Source: Octopus sinensis (taxonomy: Eukaryota). Taken from it: a stretch of 64,000 nt of DNA. How positions within the stretch are numbered: the stretch's first letter is position 1; every line of letters begins with the position of its first letter. The notes under the pieces are model-generated. The model worked only from the letters and a program-made list of their open reading frames with translations. It searched no databases and was not told where the DNA came from. The translations under genes and the position numbers were made by a program. Shown here one piece after another: positions 12,227 through 25,529 of this stretch. Where the stretch lies: assembly GCF_006345805.1 (NCBI RefSeq), contig NC_042997.1:160394001-160458000 (forward strand). Reading direction: 5' to 3'.

Positions 12227-13356
12227 GGGCCACCTGCCCGATGGGGTGTGTGCTGAGTTCGCCTTTCTGCATACTATAACTTTGTTCTTCGCTACATTTA
12301 CTCTAAGGCCCTTTGATTCCAACCCTTGTTTCCACACCCGAAATTTCTTTTTTAGTTCCGGTAGCGATTCTGCTATGAGGGCCAGGTCATCAGCATAGAG
12401 GAGCTCCCAGGGGCAACCTGTTTTGAATTCCTCTATTATTGCCTGGAGGACTATGATGAATAAAAGGGGACTGAGGGCTGAGCCCTGGTGTACACCTACT
12501 TCTACCCGGAATTCTTCACTATATTCGTTGCCAATCCTAACCTTGCTGACAGCCTCTCTGTATAGAGCCTGTACAGCCCTTATTAGCCATTCGTGAATCA
12601 ACAGTTTCCGCATCGACCACCAGATAAGGGATCGGGGAACCCTGTCAAAGGCTTTCTCCAAGTCCACAAAAGCTATGTAGAGGGGTTTATCTTTAGCTAG
12701 GTATTTCTCCAGCAGTTGTCGGACCAGGAATCTAGCATCAGTGGTGCTTCTACCCGACACAAAACCGAACTGCATCTCATCTAAGCAAATTCTCTCCCTA
12801 ATGAGATGGGTTATGACCCTCTCTGTGGCCTTCATCACCTGATCCAACAGTTTAATACCCCTGTAGTTATTTCTATCTAGAGCATCACCCTTACCCTTGT
12901 AGTAGTTGACTATGGTGCTGCTACGCCAGTCATTGGGTATGACTCCATTATGAACTACCTGGTTAACAATACGGGTGACTAGGCCATAGCCCGCATAACC
13001 AGCTGTTTTAAGCATCTCAGCAGTGATTCTTGATGGGCCGGGGGCTTTACCTGGTTTCATATCCTTAATTGCCTTAACTATAAGGGAGCTGTCTATTTGG
13101 ATAGCTGGTCCCTCTACTGGGTCAACATTTGGCAGGCTCTCCTCCTCTCATTCATTCTCCACATTCAACAGTCTTTCATAATGGCTTCTCCAAGCCTCTT
13201 TCTTTTCACCAACAATAAAAGCAAGTGCCCCATCATCCATGCGGACACATTTCTCCCCTGTAACATCACTATTTTCTCTGACACACTGTCTAGCAATACG
13301 AAATACCTCAGTTCTTTGGTCCTCACGTCGCTGGACATTGGCAAACTTCTTTTCTG

Positions 13357-13414
<58 letters not shown>

Positions 13415-13435
13415 TGTGTGTGTGTGTGTTTGTGT

Positions 13436-13540
13436 GATGAAAGGCAAAATCGACCTCGGCGGAATTTGAACTCAGAACGTAACGGCAGACGAAATACGGC
13501 TACGCATTTCGCCCGGCGTGCTAACGTTTCTGCCAGCTCT
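13436..13540 (-). mobile_element. SINE family A head fragment (similar fragments at ~35236-35335 -, 40201-40319 +, ~44060-44130 +, ~53025-53095 -, ~54925-55050 -)
   Basis: All share ggcaaa(a/g)tcgacctcggcggaatttgaactcagaac on the + strand, or its reverse complement. Confidence 0.8.
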
Positions 13541-14609
13541 TTGCTTTTTTAATATTAAATTTCTTGCCTTTTGCACAAATAAATACAATAAGTGAAATGA
13601 AACGCATTAGCTTAGAAACGAAATCTTGTTAGAAGCCTCGTCACTGAGATGCCACTTCTTAATAGCAAACGAAAGCAAGTACTAACAGAATGGAAACATT
13701 TTCAATTTAATACATGTGGCTTATTAACTAGTTTTAAATATTGTTATTAGAAGGTGGCTGACTATAGGATCCTGGAAACATGAGTACGTTAAATAATTAG
13801 AAGGAGATTTCACGGATACATGCGCTTTGTTTACATTTAAGATGTTTAATACGTCACCAAATTGGTGGTCGAGACGGAGTAAATAAAATAAAGCCGAATG
13901 ACGGAATATCATTGGTTAAAATTCTAATTATTAAACAACGTTAAACTTAGAAGTTACAATTCCGTTTTCATTCTGGTTTACAATTAAGTTTACTTTTGAC
14001 ACATTCTACCAGTATACGAAGTTTCAAATTGTTTGGTCCAGTAGGAAAAATTTGAAAAAACTGGCTTCAGAATTGAAAAGATCCTTTTCTCAAGAAAGCC
14101 AAGAGAAAAAGATGTTTTATGTAACATATTCTACCAGTATACGAAATTTAAGAGTGTTTAGTTACAAAGAAATTATTCTAAAAATCTGCCGGTGAAAATG
14201 AAAAGATCCCACAGTTTCCCTTCTTTGAAGTCATTAATACCTGCTTTGTTGTACTACACAACGTTAAAGGAGAGAAGGATAGAATACCACTGAGCGAAGG
14301 AAAGAAAAGAGAGTGTGTGAATTAAATACAAAGAAGTAATCAACGCCTTTAAATGAACGCGCTATAATCAGCAATACAATAACGGTGTACGAAACCAATG
14401 ATGCAAAATATTTCGAATTCCTCATCTGTAAACAATTCCCGAATGGCAGTAAATATCAAAAACTATTCAACCAAACCTCGCCCTCTGTTGAACTACAACT
14501 TCTCGGAATCTGTGTCAAACGTCATTACGTGTAACATTGATAACATGGCAATCAATTATACAGTAGAGAGAACCTTGACACAATTGTCAAAATTGTGTGT
14601 GTGTGTGTG

Positions 14610-14641
<32 letters not shown>

Positions 14642-14760
14642 GTGTGCGTGCGTGTGTGTGTGCGTGTGCGTGTGAAAGAGAGAGAGAGAGAGAGTGAGAG
14701 AGAAGGAAAAAGAGTTTCTTGATATTTGTAAGAAAGGAAGTATTAAGTATCATAAACGGC

Positions 14761-14912
14761 CAAATTCCGCCGAGGTCGACTTTGCCTTTCATCCTTTCGG
14801 GGTCGATAAATTAAGTACCAGTTACGCACTGGGGTCGATGTAATCGACTTAATACCTATGTCTGTCCTTGTTTGTCCCCTCTGTGTTTAGCCCCTTGTGG
14901 GTAATAAAGAAA
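14761..14912 (+). mobile_element. 5'-truncated tRNA-derived SINE (family A) with 17-bp TSD
   Basis: B-box remnant caaattcc, central gcctttcatcctttcggggtcgataaattaagtacc domain and tail ccccttgtgggtaataaagaaa. TAAGTATCATAAACGGC is duplicated at 14744-14760 and 14913-14929. Confidence 0.9.
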
Positions 14913-15424
14913 TAAGTATCATAAACGGCGATTTCTTTCTGTCGGTTCTAAATTCGATCGTCCATGTTACTGAGTTGAAAAAATTTATAACGACTGAGAC
15001 ATTTTCAAGGGAAATTACAATTATGCATCATCAAGCCGAAATTAGTTCGTTATTTTTCTAATAAGATTTTACTTGGGTCGGAGTTGATGTGAAGTTACAC
15101 TGAAACAAAGGAATCGCAAAACTTTGGCTCCTTAATAGTAGCCTGAAGCTATTAGATGCTCTTCGTCTTTTGCTTGTTTCCCCACTTACTATAAATATAG
15201 GCTTTGCATAATTTCCAGCTTTCCTATGGAGGATGAAGGATTTATGGTGTTCTATGAACTGACAAAACAGTTGTGTATATATATATATATATATGCATAT
15301 ATAATGTATATATATATTGCGAGGATGATCCGGTTCTTGACTGAAGATTAGAGGCTTCGAATGACTCGTCCGTTTTTTGTATCGTCTATTTGAATGTTTT
15401 GCGTTCCTGTCCCATTTTGTATTT

Positions 15425-15442
15425 TTATATATATTTTTATAC

Positions 15443-15513
<71 letters not shown>

Positions 15514-15583
15514 TGTATGTATGTATGTATGTATGTATGTATGTATGTATGTATCTATGTATCTATCTATCTATTTATCTATG

Positions 15584-15617
<34 letters not shown>

Positions 15618-15692
15618 ATATATATATATATTATATATATATATATAATATATATATATATTATATATATATATACATACATACATATATAC

Positions 15693-15750
<58 letters not shown>
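15425..15750. repeat. Compound microsatellite (TA/TATG/TC)n
   Basis: Direct reading. Other arrays: (TA)n 2392-2430 and 4323-4378; (GT)n 13361-13435 and 14596-14700; (CATA)n 19315-19545; (TATG)n 37070-37165; (CTA/CTG)n 42220-42365; (TAG)n 54855-54895. Confidence 0.95.
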
Positions 15751-15754
<4 letters not shown>

Positions 15755-16830
15755 ATCAGCGGTGTTCCCCAGGGGACTGTTTTGGGTCTGCTACTCTTCA
15801 TTATTTACATAAGCGACCTTTCCAGTATCGTACATTACTGCAAAGTGAAAATATTTGCTGATGACACTAAGCTCCAGCAAATCGTCAATGAAGAAGCAGA
15901 CCGAACTCAACTCCAGTCTGATCTATATGCTGTGAGTCAATGGGTAGACAGAAACAAAATGCAACTGAATGAGGGAAAATTTGAGCTGATGCATTTTGGA
16001 AGAAATTCCTCACTAAAACAACCATACTCTCCTCCTTCAGGGGAACCGCTCACAGCCTCTAACAATATCAGAGATCTGGGTGTAATTGTTGATGACGGTC
16101 TCAGTTGGAGTGCACACATCAACAAGAAGGTCGATATAGCTCGTAGGATGAGTTCCTGGATCTTAAGAACTTTCCGGTCCAGAGAACAAGGTGTCATCAT
16201 ACCACTTTTCTCCTCCTTTGTACGGCCACACCTTGAATACTGCTGCCCACTGTGGTCTCCCCATACAAGACAAAACATATCCAGAATTGAGTCACCCCAG
16301 AAGGCACTCACTAAACGAATTGAAGGCATGGCTGCTCTCGATTATTGGGATCGCCTTAAAGCCTTGAAACTTTACTCCCTCCAGCGTCGCCGTGAGCGGT
16401 ACATCATTTGTACGATGTGGAGAATATACCGCCAACTTTGCCCAAACGACCTTAACATTAGCTTCAAGGTTCATCCAAGACTGGGACCACGGGCCATACG
16501 TCCCCTGCCCAATTCAAGATCACAACATACATGTACACTGCAACATAATTTCTTTTCCTCAACAGGCCCTGCCCTATTTAACATTGTCGCGAGGGCGATC
16601 AAAGAGGAAAAGGATCCCATCAATTTTAAACGGAGTTTGGATAGATTCCTTCAAAGAATACCAGATAAGCCACCCATAATTGGATACAACTCACCCAACA
16701 AGAACTCACTACTTGAACAAAACTTGACTTAAACAGGATTCTAATAATCCTATCAGGTGGTGCTATTAAGTTAGACATGGCCTGGGCCAATCTTTGGTTG
16801 AAACATATCTAAGTTATCTAAGTTATATAT
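15751..16830 (+). mobile_element. 5'-truncated CR1-group LINE (RT C-terminal half), second subfamily
   Basis: [16 protein letters not shown] and [14 protein letters not shown] read open to the stop at 16732, followed by a short tandem tail (tctaagtta)n. It sits in a TA microsatellite; the N-terminus of the listed 451-aa ORF is microsatellite read-through. Confidence 0.92.
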
Positions 16831-16839
16831 ATATATTTC

Positions 16840-17030
16840 GTTTTTGGATTTGGTTTGCAAGATTTTTTATATGAGTTCGTGTGTTGAAGCATATTCTGTT
16901 GTATGTGGGGAGATTCATTCACTTTTGGTACCTTATAATTCAACACACTCACCGGTAAAATTTCCACTTGTTTATTTTTTATTTTTCCAAAATTTTCGTT
17001 GCCTCTTGTAACCTTTTCAATAGCTTTTAC
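16840..17030. repeat. Interspersed repeat, probably a Penelope-like terminal repeat (copies at ~46845-46975 and, inverted, ~17400-17465)
   Basis: Shared acacactcaccggtaaaatttccact...cctaaaattttcgttgc. The Penelope assignment is inference. Confidence 0.55.
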
Positions 17031-17471
17031 TCTGTCCGTTACTCACACTGCGCTCCTTTTTCTTTCTTTGTGCCCATGCGTGTGAATCGGTTTGTGCGTG
17101 CCTATACGTGCATGCACGCATGTATATATGTACGTATGTATGCGTGTGTGTATACATGTATGTGTGTGTGTGTGTGCATATGTATCTATTTATGTGTACA
17201 TTTGTATGTATTCTGCGTATTCATGTGTTTGCATGTCCGTGTTTGTGTGTTTTTATGTATATGCTGCGTATGTGTGTGTGTGTGTGTGTGTATTTGCATA
17301 TGTTTTTGTGTACCTCTGTCTCCTTGTGAGTGCATGTCGGAGTATGTGCGTGCGTGTTTTGCAACTATGCACCGTGTTTGTATATCTGTATGTGCATCTC
17401 CATATGTGTGAGTGTGTTAAATTATAAGGCATCAAAAGAGAATGACTCTCCCCAGACACAACAGTATATAT

Positions 17472-17513
<42 letters not shown>

Positions 17514-18344
17514 TATAGAGAAGTGTTTATATGTATGTATGTTTGAATAAGTATATATGCGTAAAACACAGACACAGTGTATATACATATGTAATAATTT
17601 CGATATGCTTAATTAAAATACTCGTAATAAAACCAATGAGTTATAGCACTTCTCCGTACACTACACTCCAAAGTTAACACATGAGAGAAGAATATGTATT
17701 TTTACACGATCAGCTAAGATTATAGTTATGTAGACTCTAATGATCATACACTACGGATAAATGTTAAACGATAGGAACATTAATTGTGGAATTGATTTAT
17801 TTCAAACATCTTTACACGTTTCTCTGTGACAGTTAATTAATAATTAGGTGAAATAAGCTTTACTCGTTTAAAGTCACATCTTCAGCCTTATATGGAATGA
17901 AGATTTGTGTATAAATGATCATTATTGAGATCTGACCAGCAATTTTTAATCAGAACTACATAAGAGAAAACTAAAAGCTGCCATCAAGTTTAACACCATG
18001 TTAAAAGATCGTGGTAAAATGATGTTATTAAGAATGACTTAAATTAAACAGGTTGTCCGATTAATTTATCCATTGATTGTTATAGCAGTCACAAAACAAT
18101 CATAGATAAAATTAAATTATAACTGCAAATACTGGACGAGCGATTTTTAGCCTGGGTGATACAAAACCATCCGATTTAGCAGTTTTGTCCAGCTTGGTTT
18201 ATTTTGTATCTAACGTCAAATGACTAACGACTGTGTTTACTGGCTATAGGGAAAATCTTTCTTTCAGCCTCTCAAAAAAAGTTTTTTTTTCACTGTGAAG
18301 TCTCTAAAACTGTACCTTTACTCCTTTCAGGGTCCAGAAAATAA

Positions 18345-18566
18345 GCACCAGGCGTGTACTGGAGTCGATTTAATCTACTAAAGCCTCCCTAAAATCCAAA
18401 CCATGAGTAGACAGTAGAAAAGATTAATTTATTTAAATAGAGAGTTATCTCCCTTGCACCAGGCGTGTACTGGAGTCGATTTAATCTACCAAAGCCTCCC
18501 TAAAATCCAAACCATGTGTAGACAGTAGAAAAGATTAATTTATTTAAATAGAGAGTTATCTCCCAT
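18345..18566. repeat. Recent tandem duplication, 2 x 111 bp
   Basis: Copies start at 18345 and 18456 and differ at 3 positions. Confidence 0.95.
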
Positions 18567-19230
18567 GCATCTTCAATCTATGAAATATATAGGTGTATTT
18601 TTATAGCATTGATAGGATGTTGCTTAAATGTTCAAAAGTTTTGACATGCTCTAATCCTACTACTTGCAAAGTTGACCAAGGTATATAGCTCTCATTATAG
18701 CGTTTAGTAATTATTTTTTGTTTTATCCATAAGAACGTAGTCACTACTCTTTTTTGTTGTTGCCTATTCCCCGTATCTAAAATAGAGCCAAAGAAAGGGC
18801 TTATTATTTGTTAACGTCTCTGAAAAGTCGTGAAGGTCATGACTGAGCATATGTCTACATCAACAGGCTGTTGGCCTGGAATATACTACATCAATGGCGC
18901 GTACGGTAATAAAGGTTAGAAAGGCCATTGAGAATTGACTTTGCATTAATTTACCCAATTATGTTCATGTAGTAACAGCAAAAATGAAAGAACCGATTGT
19001 AATGAAATTTCTAGAATAGTGAACGGCGATTCATACATACATACATACATACATATATACATACATATATATATAAATGTATTATTGTTGTTATTATTAT
19101 TATCATTATTTTTATTATTATCAATATATATATATATATGTATGTATATATATATATATATATACATAATTTTTTTCCGTAATGAGATAAAACACCAAGA
19201 CTGTGTAGATTTTAGAACATTTATAAATAG

Positions 19231-19278
19231 GTCTTACAGCTGTTTCTAGGATATTTATTTTATCCCTTCACTGGAGAC
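19231..19278 (-). ncRNA. Degenerate minimal hammerhead motif, same family as 61719-61766
   Basis: Minus strand reads gtct-ccagTGA-agggata(aaataaa)tatccta-GAAAC-AGCT-GTA-agac; the CUGAUGA box is mutated. Confidence 0.55.
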
Positions 19279-19517
19279 GATATATATATATATAGACAGA
19301 TACAGATATTGATACATACATACATACATACATACATACATACATACATACATACATACATACATACATAATATTTATATACATACATACATACATACAT
19401 ACATACATACATACATAATACTTACATAAATACATACATACATAAATACATAATACTTACATAAATACATACATACATAAATACATACATACATACATAC
19501 ATACATACATACATACA

Positions 19518-19552
<35 letters not shown>

Positions 19553-19561
19553 CAACCAATA

Positions 19562-20120
19562 CCTGATGCACAAATGTGACAGAGTCGCAGGAAAAGCAGC
19601 AGCATTTCATACCCGATGTAGATTTTGTGAAGTGAACGCCAAAGATATTATTCACATCGTAAGCAGTTGTCCGAAAAAGCCATCACAATATTATTTACTG
19701 ATGAGACGTGGTGTTGTAGCTAGGATACTGTATAATAAGATCCGTCAGAAGGATGACCCCGAAGCCAAAGAAATAAGAACTTACTGTATGGTAGAAGCCA
19801 AAGCCACCCATAATAAAAACAGGGGTACAGGTGGAATATCCCGGTGAAAACCTCAGTAAAGTTTAAATATAATAGACCTGACAGTTGTAGTAATTAGCTG
19901 CCCGGCGGATGTTAACATTAAGCTAAACATCAGCGGAAAAGAAAATGACTACGCTGAACTTATGAGGAATCTACGGCCACTCTATCCAGATATCAAGTTC
20001 AGATTTGCATCTGTAATTATTGGGGCACTTTGATATATAACACACTGCCTAAATACCAGTTTTGAGAAATTAACCTTCTCAAACTCAGAAAGGAGAAAGC
20101 TGATTCGAAGTTCTTATGAT
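19562..20120 (+). mobile_element. R4/Dong-type retrotransposon C-terminal relic (CCHC + restriction-like endonuclease)
   Basis: RCRFCEVNAKDIIHIVSSC zinc knuckle, then NRPD, ISCPADVNI, KENDYAEL and VIIGAL across frameshifts. Confidence 0.78.
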
Positions 20121-21489
20121 TAACAGGAATAAAATATTATTTTCCATTTTTGCACATTTGTAGTTGTGTTTTATATAGGTTATTTACACTAAGATGTATA
20201 AATATATAAATGGACAGAAAAGAAATAATTTATACAATTATACGTATATGACGCAGCCCTAAGTTTTCCAAACGGTTTTTTCTCTCCTGTATATTACAGC
20301 TAACGTTTGTGTATTGCTTTTGATAAAAAACACCTTGATCATCAGAGATTCTATGTCAGCAATTTTCTTTTAAATAAAACTATTTTCAATAACCAACTGA
20401 ATCCCCGTCCATCATAAGAACTAAAATAACAAGAAACTGGAGAAGAGATACAGAGGCTGTGAGGGAGAGAAATAATAGAGAGAGGGAGAAAGAGAGAGAG
20501 AAGGGGTAAGGTACGGGGAGACAGAGAAAGAGAAAATGTGCGTTGTTAGGAAACAGTATAAGTAAAAGGATGAAAATGTAAGACGTTCAAAAACGCATGT
20601 TGTAGTGGACAGAACTGTGTTTTCTGATTAGCATGTAGTTGAACTATTCACCAGTAAAAGCAACTAGAAATCCACATTTTGATAAATATACATACATACA
20701 TATGTATGCCTGTCATTATTCAGTTTTATTTCAAGATTCCTTGCCAATAGCGAAAGAGCCGGTTTCTAACCTAGATCCAAGGTTCCTTCATTAGAATTTC
20801 AATATCAACAAGGTATTTTTGTAAATATGCATGTATATGTGCAAATTTGTATATTTCGTTTTATATATGTATTCTCATGCATGTAGTTACATGTCTAGAC
20901 ATGTTCATATATACCTAAATGAGAAACTTTTGAAATGTTTTACAGATTTTTACAATTTCAGTGATGGTTTAGATTTGCAGTCTTCCAATCAGCTTTCTCC
21001 TTTCTGATTTCGTCACTCGAAACTGCAATATAGTTTGTTTTGTTTATACATTTGTTTCGTTAGCATTTATAGTGTAAAATTATTGATACATTTTGTTATA
21101 TATAATATATATATATATATTGCAGTTTCGAGCGCCGAAAATGTTGATATAATAATACAAATAAATGTTTAAGTGAAGTTAACGTATTTTATGTATTTAC
21201 GAATGGCTAATATAAGTCTCCCACGCTTTAGTCTCTTTAGTTTCAGCACATGAACTCAAATCAAAATACAAGTTCAGATTAATAAAATATATTCATACGC
21301 AGTTAAAAATATAAAATGTAAGGAATGGAGTAGATAAAATCCGGGCTACATATGTTTCATAGCATAACCTCGGAAGTGTTAATTATGCAAGCGAAGTGCA
21401 TACTGCAGGCTAATCTTCAGGCCAAAGGTATCTTGATTAAATATCCTCTACATTGTCGATAGGGGGCACATGTTAACACAGAAGATTCA

Positions 21490-22140
21490 ATCAGAATGCG
21501 TAGAGAGTACGGTTTGGGTGGAGAATATAATTACACCCTAAGAAATCCTTATTTTTCCTGAAAGATGTTTGTTTATATATTCTACGAATTGCGTAAAGCT
21601 CACCTTCTTTCTACACCTCGACCATCCGGTACAAATCGTATGTAAATCGGAGGAGTCAGTTTATGGCGGATATGACAAGACAGAATTGTCCGACCAGTGC
21701 AAAGCGCTGCTACACAAGTTAAAGCACAAAGAAACTTCAATGCTTTAATTTTCTCCGATGAGCAAAACTTCAATCATGCCAGAAAGTTAAACTGAAGGAA
21801 ACAACAGCTAGTTATGCAAAGAACCGAGTGAGGTTCCAACGGTCATGCACAGGAAATTCTGAGCAACTGTGGTGGTTTTATGAGTCGTCAGCAACGAGGG
21901 AGATGCAATACTTCCTTACATTTTGACAGGGCTTAAAAGTCAATACCGTTGTCTATACAGAGGTGTTGGTGTAATTTAGGTCCTGGATAGACAGAGCACA
22001 CAAAAGAAGACCGTACGTCTTCTACCAAAACTCTGTACCTTCTCATAAGGCTACAACGACCAAAGCGTACCAATCTACTTGATCATGTTCTACCACACAC
22101 ATGACCTCCTAGCTCACCAGACCTCGATCCAGTAATGTCT
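21490..22140 (+). mobile_element. maT-like (DD37D) Tc1/mariner transposase relic
   Basis: LIFSDEQ, PYVFYQNSVPSHKA and PPSSPDLDP motifs across stops and frameshifts. Confidence 0.65.
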
Positions 22141-22349
22141 CTGTCCTCACTACCTTTCAACCTCTTCCACAAACAAACATTTAGGCCACATGTACCCGGC
22201 AGAAGAAAATTACTTAAATTCTTCGAATGATGGAGGGCGGTGAGGCAGTTATCACTATGGACTCGGTATTAGTAATATTTACCTCGTGATGGACTCGGTG
22301 ACAGCAGCTGTTTGACATATCTCTGCAAATCAGCCATGCTTAGACACTG

Positions 22350-23230
22350 AACTAGTGTCTGCAGAACGGTTTCGTCATTCGGCACGCACCTTGGAGATGC
22401 TTGTCTGGCAGCTGTTTCGTACCTATAGAGTTATTCTCACTTTGGTAGTGATTCTCCGTAGCCCAGCCATGCCAAGAGCATCTGGAAATTATCCATGGTG
22501 ATTTACGACCGGAACGTCCTCTGAGAGAGACAAGCCGATTCATTTTCGTTGCCGGCCAGAGTCTCTCCGAGAAGGTCATAGCACTTCTCTTCCACGAATC
22601 CTTTATATATTTCTAAAGTTGAACATCCACCATTCCCATTGCTCGATAAATATGATATGTTGCATCTGGTGTAGGTTGTTATAGATAGACCTGTTCGGGA
22701 TTGTGCAAATGTGCGCTTCTCGACCAGACCCCCGATGACGAGTACCAAACCTTTCGCCAACACTTTGTCCAGAATCTTAGTCTCGCTTTTTGCAGAGCTA
22801 CGGCCCGAAATTTTCCTAGCAAGTAACAACTGTCAGCCTCTGTACTCAGCAGCGTTATCACAATCCACAACCTCGTGTCCAGTACCTTGAGCTGCAACAA
22901 GCCATCCAGGTACGGACTAAAGTTTCCAACCGTCGTCGATCCATCGCTCTCTTCAAACAGCAATGCAAAGTGCTGCTGGAAACCTGATCAGAATCGAGTA
23001 ACACACACCCGCCCCATGGACCAAAGACGTGATTTTGGTTATGCTGCTACGTCGTATCTCACCGATCAGGTCTATCGGTCGGCTTTACTTCCTTTGCGTT
23101 TTGAGCACATGCGCCTTAGCTCTGACAACACCGCCTTCGTGTTTCACCTCGAAGAAACAGTCGAAGGACATTCTCACCACTAGCAAGTTGGTCATAATAT
23201 TTGAAAATTGTTTCCGTCAACTGCTGCTTA
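22350..23230 (-). mobile_element. Tx1/L1-clade RT fragment with internal deletions
   Basis: ETKILDKVLAKGL segment; nucleotide similarity with 51860-51900 (atgcgccttagctctgacaac). Confidence 0.75.
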
Positions 23231-23374
23231 ACTAGTTCACTAACTTGCTCCCTGTAGTGTTGCATGCCAATAAGGAAGCGTTAAATTTACGGTAACCGGG
23301 TCCCTGTCTACGAGTTCCATCTAAATCGACTGTGGCGATCACAAATTTTTGGTCAGTTTAACAGAGCAATTTGA

Positions 23375-24257
23375 AATGTGAACAATCTGCGTGGTCTGTT
23401 ACTATAGTAACGAAGTGAAAGCACGCAGAGTGAAGCCACTTAACACAGATTGACCTTAACTTCTGTTGTGCATGTACATTAAGTTTTAACGTTCTAGCTC
23501 ACTTCTGCTGTTTACAGCAGTGCTTGGAAGGAAAGTATGTAGCGTGTGATCCTCACATCGAAAATTACAGAGAAGTTGAGCAGAAAATCTAACACAAATT
23601 TTGCCAAAAGCTTGCCTGCTCAGAGGCCTACACAAGGCTTTCAAAAAGTTTTCATCTTTTGTGACACACTCAAGGAAAACTTATGCAACTGGAACGCGAG
23701 TGTCATTTTGAACAGCTGAAAGCAGTTTTGGCTCAAACTTGGCAGACACGCATCTCATACCCAAATTTTCAGTGATAATGGACTGAATTGAACCGTAAAT
23801 AATCTGCACATCCTCTGATAACTCACGGATGTTGATTTGACGATTTCTCCTCACAGCTGCACGCACATCTGTGATGTTTTTCACAGTTCTGTTGGTTGTA
23901 GTTCTCCCAGAACGTTCGTAAATATGGACATATTTTCTGCTATCTTGGAAACGTCTGAACTACTCGTACACATGTGTGCGGTTCATACACTCCTCTCCAT
24001 ACAGTTTCTGCAACTTTGCGTAGGCCTCTGAGCAAGTATCGTCATGACAACTTTCTCTGTCATGGTCAGTGCGTCGACCACACGCTACACACATTCCTTT
24101 CAAGCATTACTGTAAACAGCGGAAGTGAACTAGAACATTAAAGCTCAGTACACATACACAGAAAAGTTCAAAGGCGATCTTTGCCCAGCGGCTTCACTGT
24201 GCGTGCTTTAGCTTTGGTACTATGGCAACAGTCAGGATACTTATTGATCAGACTCCG
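23375..24257. mobile_element. Mariner-derived foldback element: two mariner 5' ends in inverted orientation
   Basis: ~23395-23650 pairs with ~24030-24235. The right end is a mariner-type TIR (tacggagtctgatcaataagtatcc in reverse) followed by TA. The minus strand encodes an N-terminal HTH (RRNRQINIRELSE...ITENLGMRCVSAKF). Confidence 0.8.
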
Positions 24258-25529
24258 TATGCTGTCCCTTCCGCTAACCTAACAAATACTCTATCCAGAT
24301 ACGACCTAGATGATCCGTCGTGGTTGCTCTATGTCCACAGTGGCACATCAGCGAAATTTAGTCGGTGCTTATCTGACAGCTGGAAATTTCTGAGTAGCTT
24401 TTTGGGGATTTTGTACTACCTTCTGCTATATAATAGCCCTACACTGTCCTTCTGTTCTTCAAAACTATATTATTCCAGCTCTTAACTAGTACTTTAGTGC
24501 GAGATATTCTCAGGAATGTTTCACGATGCGTGAAAAAATCTAGATTTCCAGTCCCTTTTGAATTATAAAGGGCCACCTATCTAAAGGCATCACCTTCGCT
24601 GCATTTCACTTCATGGATCCCCACCTTTCCCGTCCTGGTCCAAGAAGATCGCCTGTATTTCAAGAGTTAATAATTTACGGCATAGCACACATACACTAGT
24701 CACTTAATATATACTTATTCTGTCTGTTCCACAGACTACAAAATAAGTATATATCATAATTTTCGAAAATAGATTCTAGGGTATATTTTCTGAAAAGCTT
24801 CGACCCACCAACAATGAATGATTTGACTAACAGTGAATGGAAATTTTACCGACAAGTGATCTATGAAAATAAACACGAGAGGAATGAAAAACTAAATACT
24901 AAAGCAGTAAAAAGAATGTTTAACAATATATTTTAAGCAAATAGATTCAAGCTAACGGTGAAGATTGGTTATGAAAGACTAAATGTGAAATGACATATAA
25001 CAGATCAACACTAGAGAATATATTACAAAAGAGAAAGTTCAACAATGCATTGAAACTGGAAAGCTACAGTAACCAAGTTTATTCAGAGATTTTGGCTTTA
25101 TTGTATCATTTACACTTAACAGTTTTTTCACCAACTATATAGAAAAGAGCGCACAAACAGGATGACAAAAGGAAGGACAGCTTTAAAACAGAAGCATAAT
25201 GAAAATAGTTAAAGGAAAGTCATTAATTCTAGACCTATTATATGTTGCCTGGTGTTCTGGAAATTTCTCATAATTTCTCACATAAGAATAATATAGATTT
25301 CTGGAGAAGGAGACACGGTTACAAGAAGTATAAAAAGATGCATAAAGAAATCAAGAGCAACTGCAGTTCTAACACGATCCTGATTGGAGTTCAGATAAGA
25401 TAGGAGCAGTTGGTTATATAGACTACAAAACAAGCAAGCGACAATGTACATTATTATTAAATGATGAGCAAAAAGAAAAAAAAACAATCAAAATGTTTAA
25501 ATGTGGCAAATTGATTTGGATATCGAAAA

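Larger units (their letters stand above)
7911..13360 (-). mobile_element. 5'-truncated RTE-clade LINE, split by a nested CR1-type insertion (8566-11692)
   Basis: RT ORF 11942-13060 (KAPG, FVDLEKAFD, GVHQGSALSP, LLYADD). It continues ...TLREMLG (11700-11880) | IRSIRCGVQERRLRWYGHVLRM (8356-8565), then a 3' UTR and (GAT)n tail at 7911-7930. Confidence 0.95.

Noticed and set aside
15190-15258. Minus-strand 69-nt AG...GTAAGT segment (FIEHHKSFILHRKAGNYAKPIFI)
   Set aside because: Good splice signals but short, with no recognisable homology and no compatible neighbouring exons; compatible with chance.
15377-15750. N-terminal 125 aa of the 451-aa ORF (YIYI repeats) and similar YI/CV/HT/poly-L/poly-N ORFs across the window
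   Set aside because: Translations of di-, tri- and tetranucleotide microsatellites.
16975-17030. Hammerhead-like layout on the minus strand (ttgaaaa-ggttac/gcaac-GAAA), also at ~46925-46975
   Set aside because: Both copies have TTGAAAA instead of CUGANGA and a mismatch at the base of helix III; at best a highly diverged variant.
20735-21135. Partial hammerhead-like pieces (gaaactgcaata at ~21020 and, inverted, ~21125; ctaatga...gaaaccgg on the minus strand at ~20750-20790)
   Set aside because: The core and helix I cannot be completed from these copies; a family consensus is needed.
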